Positions 50,564 to 62,430 of a stretch of 64,000 bases of DNA are shown piece after piece (position 1 is the first letter of the stretch; each line of letters begins with the position of its first letter). The DNA comes from Takakia lepidozioides (taxonomy: Eukaryota; Plantae; Bryophyta). The stretch covers positions 68,820,001-68,884,000 of the forward strand of contig CM060732.1 of NCBI GenBank assembly GCA_030704615.1, read 5' to 3'. Both the position numbers and the translations under genes were made by a program. Below the pieces are notes generated by a model that was not told the origin of the DNA, did no database searches, and was given only the letters and a program-made list of their open reading frames with translations.

Positions 50564-53500
50564 TCAAGTGTCGCAGTCATCACAATCAATGTCCACCTCC
50601 TGTGCTATGTCATCTACAAAGATTCTGGCCCCAACACCACGTGTTCTACGAAGGCCATCGCAAGGTGGACTCTGAGTGCCATGAACGGACATGCTTGCTG
50701 CGAGTGCCTCCGCATAGACAGGTAGCACACAAGACCGAGGAGGACTGAAAACAAGTCCAAATAGGTGTGATAGCCCAGGAGGGCAAGTGGAAGCACGCGG
50801 ACTCCTACACATGTCCACAAAATCCCATTTTTAACACAATGATGCAATGCACAAGTCCAACGAAGAGGATGTCTCCCATGTGCACTTTGCCTCAAGAACA
50901 GCGATTCTCGATATTGAAACAACAATGCAAGCATGCACAGGTTCAACTTACTCACAGGCAAAGTCGGAGTCCAGCTCCTTGTCAGAAGTCTCCTCTGTAC
51001 CAGTATCAGCGGGACGGGGCTTCGGAAGGACCTGAGAAGTGTGTCCACCCAAACCCATCAGGAGGTTCTTGTAAATCTCAGCATCCCCTTCAATCCCAAA
51101 GACATGTCGCGCACTGGCCTTGCAAGCGTGGTACGAAGCACCTGCAGTGGAATAGAATGAAGTAAGCAGACATTGAAGACACATTCGGAACGGTGGAAAG
51201 TGCTGAAAGTGCAAGCTCAATCAAACCTCATGAAATGTGAATGTTGAAGAGACGAACCTGTGCCCATCGACAAATCCAGAACTCTGGCGTCTGTGTAGGT
51301 GCAGCACTCCACAATCGTTTGAATGAAAGCCGGGCTCCTCTCCCTCGCCCCTCTCCAAGGAACCCCATTCCCCCTTCGCAAGCACACGTTGCTGTCGACG
51401 TAGTTGTGATGCATGTCATCCGTGGGAGGATCTGTCCTGTCATCTATGAACTTGCCCCCGTGAGTGATGGCAAACTCCGTAATGCCGGCCGGAGTCGTTG
51501 GTGGATGCACCCGGACGAGACAAACAGCTTCAAACAGACGAGTCTGCGAACATGACATCCACAAGGAACTAAGAACCAAAATAAAATCGGGCCCCTACAT
51601 ATGAGTTGAGCGACCTATACAACACAATCCCAGAACAAAAAAGAAGAGGAAGAAGAAGGGAAACTCACCATCTCTCCCGGACGATCCCCCTTCGTAAGGT
51701 ACATGCTGTTCACACAATTCCATGTCTTCACGACTCTCATGCCCGAGGCTTTCAAATAGCTGGCAAGGGCACGGCGACACCGAACATCGATGGACTGGAT
51801 GAGAACCAAAACACCTGCATCGGAAAGGAAGAAGTTGCAAAAGGAAAAAACCCACCGCCAGTAGCGCTCATCAAATGCATTCCAACCCGGACAAGCACCC
51901 GATGGAGGGATATCCGGGACTGCCAACCCATCAGGGATGTCCAAGATGATGAGTTCCGCTGCATATGGCTTCTCCTTCCCGTTCACCCACGATTTGGTCA
52001 TTTTAGCCTGCAAACAAAAATACAATGGAATTCTGACAAGTTTATAAACGATCCATGCCCACAGCAGACAAAGAGAGCAGAAGCCACAGAACCCAAAGAG
52101 AACACGCACCGTGCTGAGGAACTCGACAATCCTCTCCCACACTGGTGATGGCTCGCCCTTGTAATCAGATTTCTTCGACTCCATCATGGCAAGGAACCCG
52201 ACGTTGGCAATCTCCAACCTGGTTGGACGAATGACCCTCGTGGGATGTTCCACTGCATGGTACGGGTCCTTGGGATCAACCACCCCCTTGTTTTTTCTCC
52301 CGGATCCCCTACCATGCGGTGGAGTCTGCTGGACATGCTCCACAGGGCCAATAGCTGCAACACTTCCCTGCCCTTGTGCCACCTTCCCTCTACCCCTTCC
52401 CTTCCCCACAACACCAGCAACATCTTTTCCCTTTGCCTTTCTTCCTCTACCCGGGGTATCCTGAGCGGGAGGCTCCTTCTCTGCAAGAGTCCTCAGATTA
52501 CGCTCATGAATGTCGAGGTCCGCTGCTGCGGCAGTGGCTGCAATACGGTCATTCTCTCTCCTCAAAGACAACTCTACAGCTGGGGTCTCTGAAGGAGGGC
52601 AATCCAAATACCAACCACAAGAAGAAAGATGGTCTGGACCCCAGTCATGCAAGATCCCAGCAGTGAACATGGTCTGGTTGCCAGCAGGGACAAGCCAAAG
52701 GTCCACGAAATCTGGATGTTTGTCCAAGCAATTCTCTTCCAAGAGAACAAACTTAATGTACCTGCAGGAACAGACACAGCCTCATTTTCCAATGCACATA
52801 TTGTGTCCCAGCTTTTTCAACACACCAGGAAGACCCCCTTAAACAGTATGCCACACAACACATTGCAACCACAACACAAGCAAAGAGTGCAAGGGTGTGC
52901 ACCTGTAAAGGCATCGTTTCCAGGCTTCCTCTCCTTTTTCCTGCTGGTCAAGCTCATTTGTTCGACTGATGCCACCCTCCTTGCTGAACTCTCTAAAGAA
53001 ACCAGAGTGCCACACTGTGGCTCTCCATTTCCTCATGTATGCTTCGAAGGAGACCTTCGGAGCTGTCATAGTGATGCCATAGTCAGCCAGCTGAGTATGC
53101 AGAACCGATCGGGCCCTTTCTTCCAACTGCAAAACAATTGAAATGGAAGAATGAACCCAAAAACAGTCACAGCGAATGTAAGAGGCAATGGGAAGAGAAG
53201 GACAGGAAAAGAGAAAAGAAAGTGAGATACGAGAGGACATCACACCTGGCTCCAGTAAGTGGCCTTGTGAAGCCAGGTGTCCAGCACATTGTCACTGACA
53301 GGAACGACACGCTGGGTCTTCTTCTCCTTCTCTGGCCTTGGGAACATGTGGGTATCCCTAACTGTGGGATCGGAGTTCCATATCTGTAGCCACTTCACCT
53401 TCTGTTCAGAAGACACGACGGCGGTAGACAACCTGTGCAACTTCTCCTGGGCCATCTCCGGCTTGCCTGGCTTGTTATAATGGTTTTTTTATCTCTAGGA

Positions 53501-56500
53501 GAAACTGCGGCCCGAATGATGGGTCGGCCATTCTCAACTGCTTCACAAAAGCACTCATTATTGTCCTTCTTGTAGCGTTCATCTCCTTCTGGATGTGACT
53601 TTCAACCCCCTTTGCTGTCCTTCTCTCCTCAGGGGTAGAGCTGTAGTATTCCAGTTTGCCACGCTCCCCTGCATCTGCAATGTCTTGCTGCAAGGGAATG
53701 CAAGAGAGTTGCATCAATCCAAGGTCAAGGGAGACAGACAGAAACAAACATGTGGAAGCAGGAATATGGAAAGGCCAGATGAAGGAAGATGTATCTCACC
53801 GTGTACATGTACTCCATGAAAGCCTCACGGGTCAACGAGTACCATGTTTCCGAAGTCTTGGAGCTTTCGCATTTCTTATACATCTCTGCCGAAAGGATGG
53901 TCTTGAAGTTGGTCAAGGGCATCTGCCCGATCCTTTGTATCCTATACAGTGTGTGAACCAGACTCGTTTTGACATGCGATGTCTCCGTCCCTCTGCAGAA
54001 TGATATCTGAATTTCAGAATGTAATTCAAGGACTTGAATCAAGGAAGAACGGAACCAGAAGTGCAACATGTACAATGAGAAACCAACCTGTTCACATCAT
54101 TCATTGCCGTCAGAAGACCCATCATGTTGTCGTCACAATCAAGCACCATCGATCGAACAGAGTAATGCCACTCTTCCTCCTGTGAGTGCAGCCTCCCAAT
54201 GACAGCCATCCATGCAAGCAACCGGTGGTTGCCATCCCAAACGTGAAACATCTTCCCCGAGAATACTTGGGTGGAAGGTTTCCTGGAGAGAAGAAGTTCG
54301 AAGGATTCGTTCACCTGTCTCCAAATGGGGTCCCAGGAGTCGACGATTGACTCATCCAAAAGGAGCTCGTTACCTCTAGAATCCCTAGTAGAAACGTAAA
54401 AGACTGCGGATCCATCCAAATACCCATGAACAAACTCGGCCTCCAGCTTGAGAATGTCTTTGACAAGGGGTGGACGAACGAACGACGGGCATGGAAACCA
54501 ACCTACACAGGGGAATCTTCAACCTCCCACCAGGAGCAAGCATACTTTGAACCACAAGCTGAGAGTTCACCTTTTGACCCCCCAGCATCTCAGCGGCTTT
54601 GCTTTCATAAAACTCATCGTCAACATCAACTATGGTCTCCTTCCCCTGACCCTGAGGGACCTCATCCGCCACACTTTGCATTTTCTCCTGCAAGGTTGTT
54701 CACTCAAATTCTTATAAGAGAGGAATGAAACGTCGACCGATGCATGAAAAAGTGGGATAAAAAGGTAAGTGTTCTTTGAGCTGCCAGGTAAGTGTTCATT
54801 GATCCTCACGGACCTGCACTATGTTCCCGATTTTCACAGGGAAAGAACATTGAAAAGTTCTGCTCAAATATCTGCCCATGAGGGCCGAAAGTTGCGCCCT
54901 TCAATATTCATATGTTCTGCCTAAACAGTGTGCGGTTCCGCAGACTGTTTGAGCTGACAGTGAAGGGTTCATTTTATACTCAGAAATGTGCCCCTGAAGT
55001 CCAAATTTTGCACCCAGAAACATTGAAATGCTCAGCTCAAACAGTGTGCGTTGCCGCACACTGTTTGGGCTGACAGTGAAGGATTCATCTCATCCTCAGA
55101 GGGGTGCCCCTGAAGTCCAAATTTTGCAGCCTGAAACATTGAAGTGTTCAGCTCAAACAGAGTGCGTTGCCGCACACTGTCTGAGCTGGCAGTGAAGGGT
55201 TCATTTCACCCTAACATAACAGACATCAAGACCAAATTTTGAACCCTAAAACATTGAAAAGGTCTGCTCAAACAGTGTGCGTTGCCGCACGCTGTTTGAG
55301 CTGGTTTTGAAGGGTTCATTTCATCCTCAGATAACAGACAGCAAAGACCAAATTTTGCACCCTTAAACATTGAAATGATCAGCTCAAACAGTGTGCGTTG
55401 CCGCACACTGTCTGAGCTGGCAGTGAAGGGTTCATTTCACCCTCACATAACAGACATCAAGACCAAATTTTGCACCCTAAAACAGGGAAATGTTCAGCTC
55501 AAACAGTGTGCGTTGCCGCACACTGTTTGAGCTGGCAGCACAGTGTTCATTTCATCCTGAGATAGGTGCCCCTGAAGTCCAAATTTTGCACCAAGAAACA
55601 TTGAAGTGCTCAGCTCAAACAGTGTGCGTTGCCGCACACTGTTTGGGCTGACAGTGAAGGGTTCATCTCATCCTCAGAGACGTGCCCCTGAAGTCCAAAT
55701 TTTGCACCTAGAACATTGAAATGTTCAGCTCAAACAGTGTGCGTTGCCGCACACTGTCTGAGCTGGCAGTGAAGGGTTCATTTCACCCTCACACAGGTGC
55801 CCCTGAAGTCCAAATTTTGCACCCAGAAACATTGAAATGCTCAGCTCAAACAGTGTGCGTTGCCGCACACTGTCTGAGCTGGCAGTGAAGGGTTCATTTC
55901 ACCCTCACACAGGTGCCCCTGAAGTCCAAATTTTGCACCCAGAAACATTGAAATGCTCAGCTCAAACAGTGTGCGTTGCCGCACACTGTCTGAGCTGGCA
56001 GTGAAGGGTTCATTTCACCCTCACATAACAGCATCTGAAGTCCAAATTTTGCACCCAAAACATTGAAATGCTCAGCTCAAACAGTGTGCGTTGCCGCACA
56101 CTGTTTGAGCTGGCAGTGAAGGTTCATTTCATCCTCAGATAGGTGCCCCTGAAGTCCAAATTTTGCACCCAGAAACATTGAAATGCTCAGCTCAAACAGT
56201 GTGCGTTGCCGCACACTGTTTGGGCTGACAGTGAAGGGTTCATTTCATCCTCAAACAGGTGCCCCTGAAGACCAAATTTTGCACCCAGAAACATTGAAAT
56301 GTTCAGCTCAAACAGTGTGCGTTGCCGCACACTGTTTGAGCTGGCAGCACAGGGTTCATTTCATCCTCAGATAGGTGCCCCTGAAGTCCAAATTTTGCAC
56401 CAAGAAACATTGAAATGCTCAGCTCAAACAGTGTGCGTTGCCGACACCCTGTTTGGGCTGACAGTGAAGGGTTCATTTCATCCTCAAACAGGTGCCCCTG

Positions 56501-58030
56501 AAGACCAAATTTTGCACCCAGAAACATTGAAATGTTCAGCTCGAACAGTGTGCGTTGCCGCACACTGTTTGGGCTGACAGTGAAGGGTTCATCTCATCCT
56601 CAGAGAGGTGCCTGAAGTCCAAATTTTGCACCCTGAAACATTGAAGTGTTCAGCTCAAACAGTGTGCGTTGCCGCACACTGTTTGGGCTGACATGAAGGG
56701 TTCATTTCATCCTCAAACTGGTGCCCCTGAAGTCCAAATTTTGCACCCTGAAACATTGAAATGTTCAGCTCAAACAGTGTGCGTTGCCGCACACTGTTTA
56801 AGCTGACAGTGTAGGGTTCATTTTCATCCTCAGTAGGTGCCCCTGAGTTCAAATTTTTGCACCCTGAAACATTGAAATGTTCAGCTCAACAGTGTGCGTT
56901 GCCGCACACTGTTTGAGCTGGCAGTGCAGGGTTCATTTCATCCTCAGAAAGGTACCATGAAGTCCAAATTTTGCACCCTTAAACATTGAATGTTCAGCTC
57001 AAACAGTGTGCGTTGCCGCACACTGTTTGAGCTGGCATTGCAGGGTTCACTCCATCCTCAGAAAGGTACCATGAAGTCCAAATTTGCAACCCTCTAAACA
57101 TTGAAATGTTCAGCTCAAACAGTGTGCGTTGCCGCACACTGTTTGAGCTGGCAGTGCAGGGTTCATTCCATCCTCAGAAAGGTGCCCTGAAGTCCAAATT
57201 TTGCACCCAGAAACATTGAAATGTTCAGCTCAAACAGTGTGCGCGCCGCACACTGTTTGGGCTGGCTGGGAAGGGTTCATTTCACCTGCAGATAACTGAC
57301 TCCAAGGCCAAATTTTGCACCCTACAACATTGAAAGATCTGCTCAAACAGTGTGCGTTGCCGCACACTGTTTGAGCTGGCAGTGCGGGGTTCATTTCATC
57401 CTCAGAAAGGTGTCGTTGAAGGAAGAATTTTGCACCCTTAAACAGTGACATGTGCAGCTCAAACAGTGTGCGGCAACGCACACTGTTTGAGCTGCCGCTG
57501 AATGGTTCTTTCTTTCACAAATACCTGCCATTGAAAGCCGAATTCTTCACAAATATGGGTCCTGTAGATTTTACCTTTTTCCTAGCTACTCGAGAAGACT
57601 CCCCAGTTGCCGGGACCCTTTCCGCTTCGGGCTGCTCTCTTCGCCGACTATGTAGGTGAGCCTCTCCCCCTTCCTCTTTCCCGTGGTCAGATCGTTCGTG
57701 AGGCCAGTGTCAACATCTTCCTCCATGTCGTCTGTCTCTCCCTCAGACGCAGTGTCCTCCTCGCCTGTTCCTGGAACTATGGTGGGTTGTTGTTCTTCTC
57801 CAGATTCCTGCTCCTCCATCGCCACACTTTCCTGTATTCCTCTTCTTCCTCCTTTTCCTCTTCCTCCACTCTTTCCATCCTCATTCTATATCTAGCTCTA
57901 TTCCTGTTTCTAGAACTCGTGAAGTATAATGACTTCCTTCTCTTTCTCCTCCGCTGGAAACAAGGGCTCCCCACGATGCCCCTGGAGCTCTCCAGTTTGA
58001 CGTTTGCAACAAGTGCTGGTATCGCATGTA
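50564..58030 (-). CDS. Element B cargo gene: basic/acidic N-terminus, ParB/Srx-like domain, uncharacterised middle region, beta-class N4/N6 methyltransferase fold; about 9 exons, at least two frameshifts
   Basis: Approximate exons 58000-57575, 54688-54088 (IPLCRLVSMPVVR...VWDGNHRLLAW), 53992-53800, 53690-53246, 53126-52903, 52761-52110, 52008-51668 (ELIILDIPDG...FLSDAGVLVL), 51544-51258 (ERSPAFIQTIVECCT...VLDLSMGT), 51141-50955 (GASYHACKASARHVFGIEGD), 50815-50564. Start codon uncertain. Confidence 0.8.
54845..57495. repeat. Tandem array of 23 ~116-bp units, each with a 40-bp palindrome
   Basis: CAGCTCAAACAGTGTGCG-TTGC-CGCACACTGTTTGAGCTG plus ~76-bp conserved linker; palindromes counted from ~54920 to ~57460. 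Confidence 0.97.
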
Positions 58031-58825
58031 ACAAAAATAAAAATGGACGTTGTCAACCGTATTTGGATGCGGGTGTTGATATTGTGTGCGAACGGAATTC
58101 ATCCATTTTGTCGTCTTTGTATTACCCAGCTAATAAAGCGCCGAAGAAAAAGAACATCCGTTGCATGCATTTGCGATATATGTCAGATGTACTTCGCCGC
58201 CTGCCAATACATGGCGGCCTCCTTGCCTTCTTTCAAATTCGAATGCGCCGTAGAAATGTAGTGCTTTTTCAATTCCGAGCAGTTCTTCCAGATTCGCAAT
58301 AATTGTTATGCTTCACATATGCATCCACGTGTGTTGTACTGCATGCCCTGTGGTTTTTTTTATGCCGTGACCGTCCCCATGGGGTCATTCGGTATAAAGG
58401 ATTGTGTCGGATATGACCATGTGTTGCACACATTCGTGCGAGGTATCTCTTGGAGTGTCGGTGTTTGTTCTGTGCTATTCTGGCGCAACACAATCTCATT
58501 ACAATCGGATCTTCCTGTTTACTGCTCTCCAGGGTTGTTGCCGTCATTTCATAATGGATGGTTTCATGTCATTTTCAGGGTTTGTTTTCCATCCAAAACA
58601 GTACGGCTTCTTGTGGCTCTGGTCTTTCAAAACGGTTTTTCTGGTTGGTGGGAGGTGAAGGTGCACGTCATCCCTACATCCTTGGCATGCATCGCCGGCA
58701 GCCTTTGGTTTGGTGCTACCCTTGTTGACCTCAGTTTGCTGGTGGTATTTCCACTTTCGATAATTACGGGCTCTCAGTTCGGGGATTCCGTTCTGAATCG
58801 GCAGTTTCGTTCAGTGCTGGAAAAC

Positions 58826-61800
58826 ATGTCGAGGGAGCGAGATGCACTCGCTCGATTCCATTCCAATGCAGGTACTCTTCCACTGACTGCCACTGCAGAC
58901 GACGATGGGTATGCAGTTGTTCATGAGGATGAGCTGGTTACAGTGTTCCCGCTGGAGTTGGGTTCTCTGCTTGTTCAGAAAGAGGTGTATGACGAGGATG
59001 GGAATTTGGATTCTGGGCATGGAGAAACCCTTGGTTGGCGAGTGTGGAAGGAAGTGGAGAGTCCTTCCAGGAACATACCCGTGTCCTTGGAAAAAGAGAG
59101 AAGACAATCAGCAGGATCAGTCGTTACCCCTGGCACTGCAGCATCGGTCGTGCAACAGAAGGGCACAGTTCCTTTGAAAACAAGAGGTGTAGCACATCCA
59201 CTACCTTCGTTACTCTTTCGGACTCGTCCTCGGGAGGATGTTTCTGAGATTCCTCCGCCAGTGCAAACCCCTTATTGGATGATGACGAATTGCAAGAGAT
59301 AACAGTGTCATTCCAAAATTGAAAGCCCTCGCAGGTGTGCCTGGGTGCAAGAGCGAGCTACGTTTTGTTGATTGGGAGTCCCTTCCAGTGCAACGGGTTC
59401 AATACGTGCCAGCTCAGTTTGATGGGGACATCTTGTTTGAGCTCAACCCTCCCACGTCTTCCAGTGGACTGGCTGGGCTTCTGCAGGGCATGGACAACGA
59501 ACACATGACGGACATCCTTGGTGCAGGACAAAACTTCGAACATCCATAACGAATTGGCTTGAAATTTCGGAGGGTCGGTTTGCGTTGGGCATTGCAAGTG
59601 CCTGAATATTTCTTGCCCTCGGCTGAGAAACAAGCGCTCAGCCAAACGAAAGTGAGTGGGAAGGTGTGCCCTGAATCCTTTCCACCCAGGGCTTGCACCT
59701 CCCAAGACCAATACTTTTGTGTGCAGGTTCTGCAAACTTTCCCCGTCCTGTGTTTCTGTTTGCCACGCTCGATGAATATCAGGTGGCACATCGATGCAAG
59801 ACAATGACTCGTGCCTGCATTCATATGGGTGCACACGAGCATCCTGTGTCCAAAGGGAGTTGCAGGGATAGCGTGGACATCGCTAGAAATCTACTGAAGC
59901 AAGAGTTTCATAATGCCCCCCTTCTGCAACACCTTCTACTTAGCGCTTGCAGCTAGCAAGGCATTCTGGAAAACACACATACTGGGTGAGGGGATGCGAC
60001 ACAGCCAATGCTGGATGCAGATTCCTTGAGGCAGTCATGGACCATTTCTCCGTGATATTGAGCTCTCTCCAATATTCGAAACCAGGTGAATGCACTCAGA
60101 ATGGGCACACGGCACTGCTGGATTCACTGGACAACATTATGGACCTCAAACGGAGGAGTCGTATATGAATTCATTCAAAACCAGTATCTTCACCTGGCCG
60201 GCTCGTCCAAGTATGTATTTGTTCAAGATGTCCGCTGTGGCCAAGGCAGTGGTGTGAGCATTGTCACGCCGAATGCAACCTGGAAATGACACTTTTACTA
60301 GAGGAGATTGGCTATAATGTTGGTTAATGTTTGATCACTGCAAAACGGTGAAGGGTTGGACAAACCATGGCGTGCCATGTGTATGATCCAGCGTACCAGC
60401 GTGTGCTCTCCATAGCAATTTGTGATATGCAGTCGGAGGACACTGAATCCCAGATGCTCATGTGGAATTCCCTCCTGACCGTCATGCAGCGCAATGGAAT
60501 ACAGAACACAAATTTTGCCGGGCTTCATGGCTGATAGTGCACAGGCAAATTTCAATGCAAGTGCGGCGCGTGTTTGGTTCTGGGGATCCTAAGGTCCCCA
60601 TGGAAAATAGGGAGCGCACATGCCTCTTCCATTGGATTGGTCAATCTCTGGCACGTCATACAAAGCGCTGCATTCGCCCTGACCTTCAGTTGGAGCATAG
60701 AAGGCTCTGTCTGAAGTACAAGAATGCCACCTCAATGGGAGAAGCTGAGAGCACTTACCAGGCAATCCGGGCTTGGTGGTTCTCCGCTGGTGCTGCTACA
60801 GGTATCCACCTGAAGGAGTTGGAGGACTGGTTGGTTTTCTGGCACTTCAGGTACAGACAGTGGGGAGCTTTCATGACGACGGTAAGCCTCACAAGTTTCC
60901 TTAAACACAAATTGCACTTTGCATCGTGCCTGTTCATTTGGGGTTGTTCGATTGTCACTTGAAGAACCTCTACCATTTCTTTTCCTTCCTCACATTTCCA
61001 TGCAATGCCTCCTGCAGGACATGTCCTTGGAGGACTTGGCCGACATGCCATCGTGTAATTTGGCAGAGACTGTTCACAAACGCCTGGATGCAACAGTCTA
61101 CCAAAGCAGGTCGTGACTTGTATGTGGCCACTGCTGATGACATGGTGCGGGCACTTACACAACAAACCAGGTACCGCAATTTTCTGATGGGACGGGGTGG
61201 AGGGAAGGGCCCCGATTCGACTTTGTTGATGCTAAGGGCTGCGAGTAGGTCCGGAGACCCGTCAAGATGGCCAGAGCTCTAAACAGGTGCACTGAAGGCT
61301 CCCCTCTGCAATCCAGGCTCCCCCATTTGGAAGGCGAGGAAAGATTTGGATCATGCAAAAGGAAATTAAACACTCTTCCAGGGTCAGATGGAGATTCCCA
61401 TAGGCCAGACAGGGTCAATTTCTCTGTGCCAAAGGTGTCTCCAGTGCAGACTAAGTCCTGTGCCGGCCCCTTCCCAGGTGGGTCCTCCTCCTGTGGAGCA
61501 GGTGCAGAACATGCAAGCATAGCAGCGGAAATCCCATTGGAGGAGGTGGTGGCCATGGTGCAGGAATCTGATTGCATTGATAGTGACTGGCATATAGAAC
61601 GCACCCCACCAGGATCTAGAGTGGCTTGCATGGCAATTCGGACCCCCTCTTTCAAGAAATGCAAATCAAAAATATGCAAAGGCTCCAGGGGGACTCCAGC
61701 TCCAACATTCACAGGGTTGTTCCGACCTTACCATAGTGGGGAGTCAAAAGAACACAAGTTTTGGTTCTGCCCAGACGATATGGCACGATGCGTGAAGGGA

Positions 61801-62430
61801 ACAGTTCGTCCTTCCGTGATAATGAAGCCCCCTCCCCCCGCAATTTGGCCTGTGAAAATTGGGACATCGCTGTCCTCAACCGAGATAAGCATGCTGGAGG
61901 AGGGAGGGTTTTGTCTTGCACGGTCCCGGGTGGTGCCCTTATGCACTGTCGGCACAGATGTGCCACATGCTCCGACAATGCCTCCACCCGGTGCCGACTC
62001 CCACCCAACAAAAAGAGATGGAAAAACAGTGCGCCGTGTTGCTTCGGGTGCAGATCACGAATGCAAGATGGAATCGGCTAGAATTTTGCAGGCTACGGTG
62101 ACTCGTATCACCGAAGTCCCTTCCCCGGGGTATGGACGGATTTACACAGTGCTGTCAATTGGCTCAGTTCTTCATGCCAAAGAATATCAAGTTACCATTG
62201 GGAATTTCCCATCGTGCACTTGTCCGGATTTTGTAACGATGCGTGAGGGCGCTCTCGGCATGAGAGGGAAGTGGGTCCCCTGCAAGCATCAATATTACAT
62301 ATACCTTGTAATTATGTGTTGCGACGGTAAGAGAGACCAATTCATTCACCAAGCCACACTAGGCTACGGAGAAGTCATCACCCTTCTGCAGCGGGACACC
62401 TCGCGTAGAGCTCCGCCAACTTCTCTTTGA
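58826..62430 (+). CDS. Mutator-type DDE transposase with Cys/His-rich (GCM/WRKY-like) N-terminus and SWIM finger; several frameshifts
   Basis: MFDH (D1), FMADSAQANFNA..RVF (D2), CLFHW (CxxH), SCNLAETVH (E), CTCPDF...PCKH (SWIM); intron about 60882-61017. Confidence 0.88.

Noticed and set aside
45126-54700. Simple tandem duplication of a host gene
   Set aside because: B's TSD and termini, and the continuation of A's gene after 62858, show a nested insertion of related elements.
55206-57481. Short ORFs across the 116-bp array
   Set aside because: The unit length is not a multiple of 3 and frames shift with each unit; these are repeat artefacts.
54845-57495. CRISPR array (palindromic repeats with spacers)
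   Set aside because: The intervening ~76-bp segments are near-identical rather than unique spacers; no cas genes; eukaryotic intron context.
45126-58030. Bacterial or phage contamination explaining the ParB-MTase genes
   Set aside because: Both copies have many GT-AG introns at matching positions and lie within a TSD-bounded eukaryotic transposon.
58319-58825. Hydrophobic N-terminal half of ORF 58319-59302 as a membrane protein
   Set aside because: No recognisable motif; more likely promoter or UTR upstream of the probable transposase ATG at 58826.
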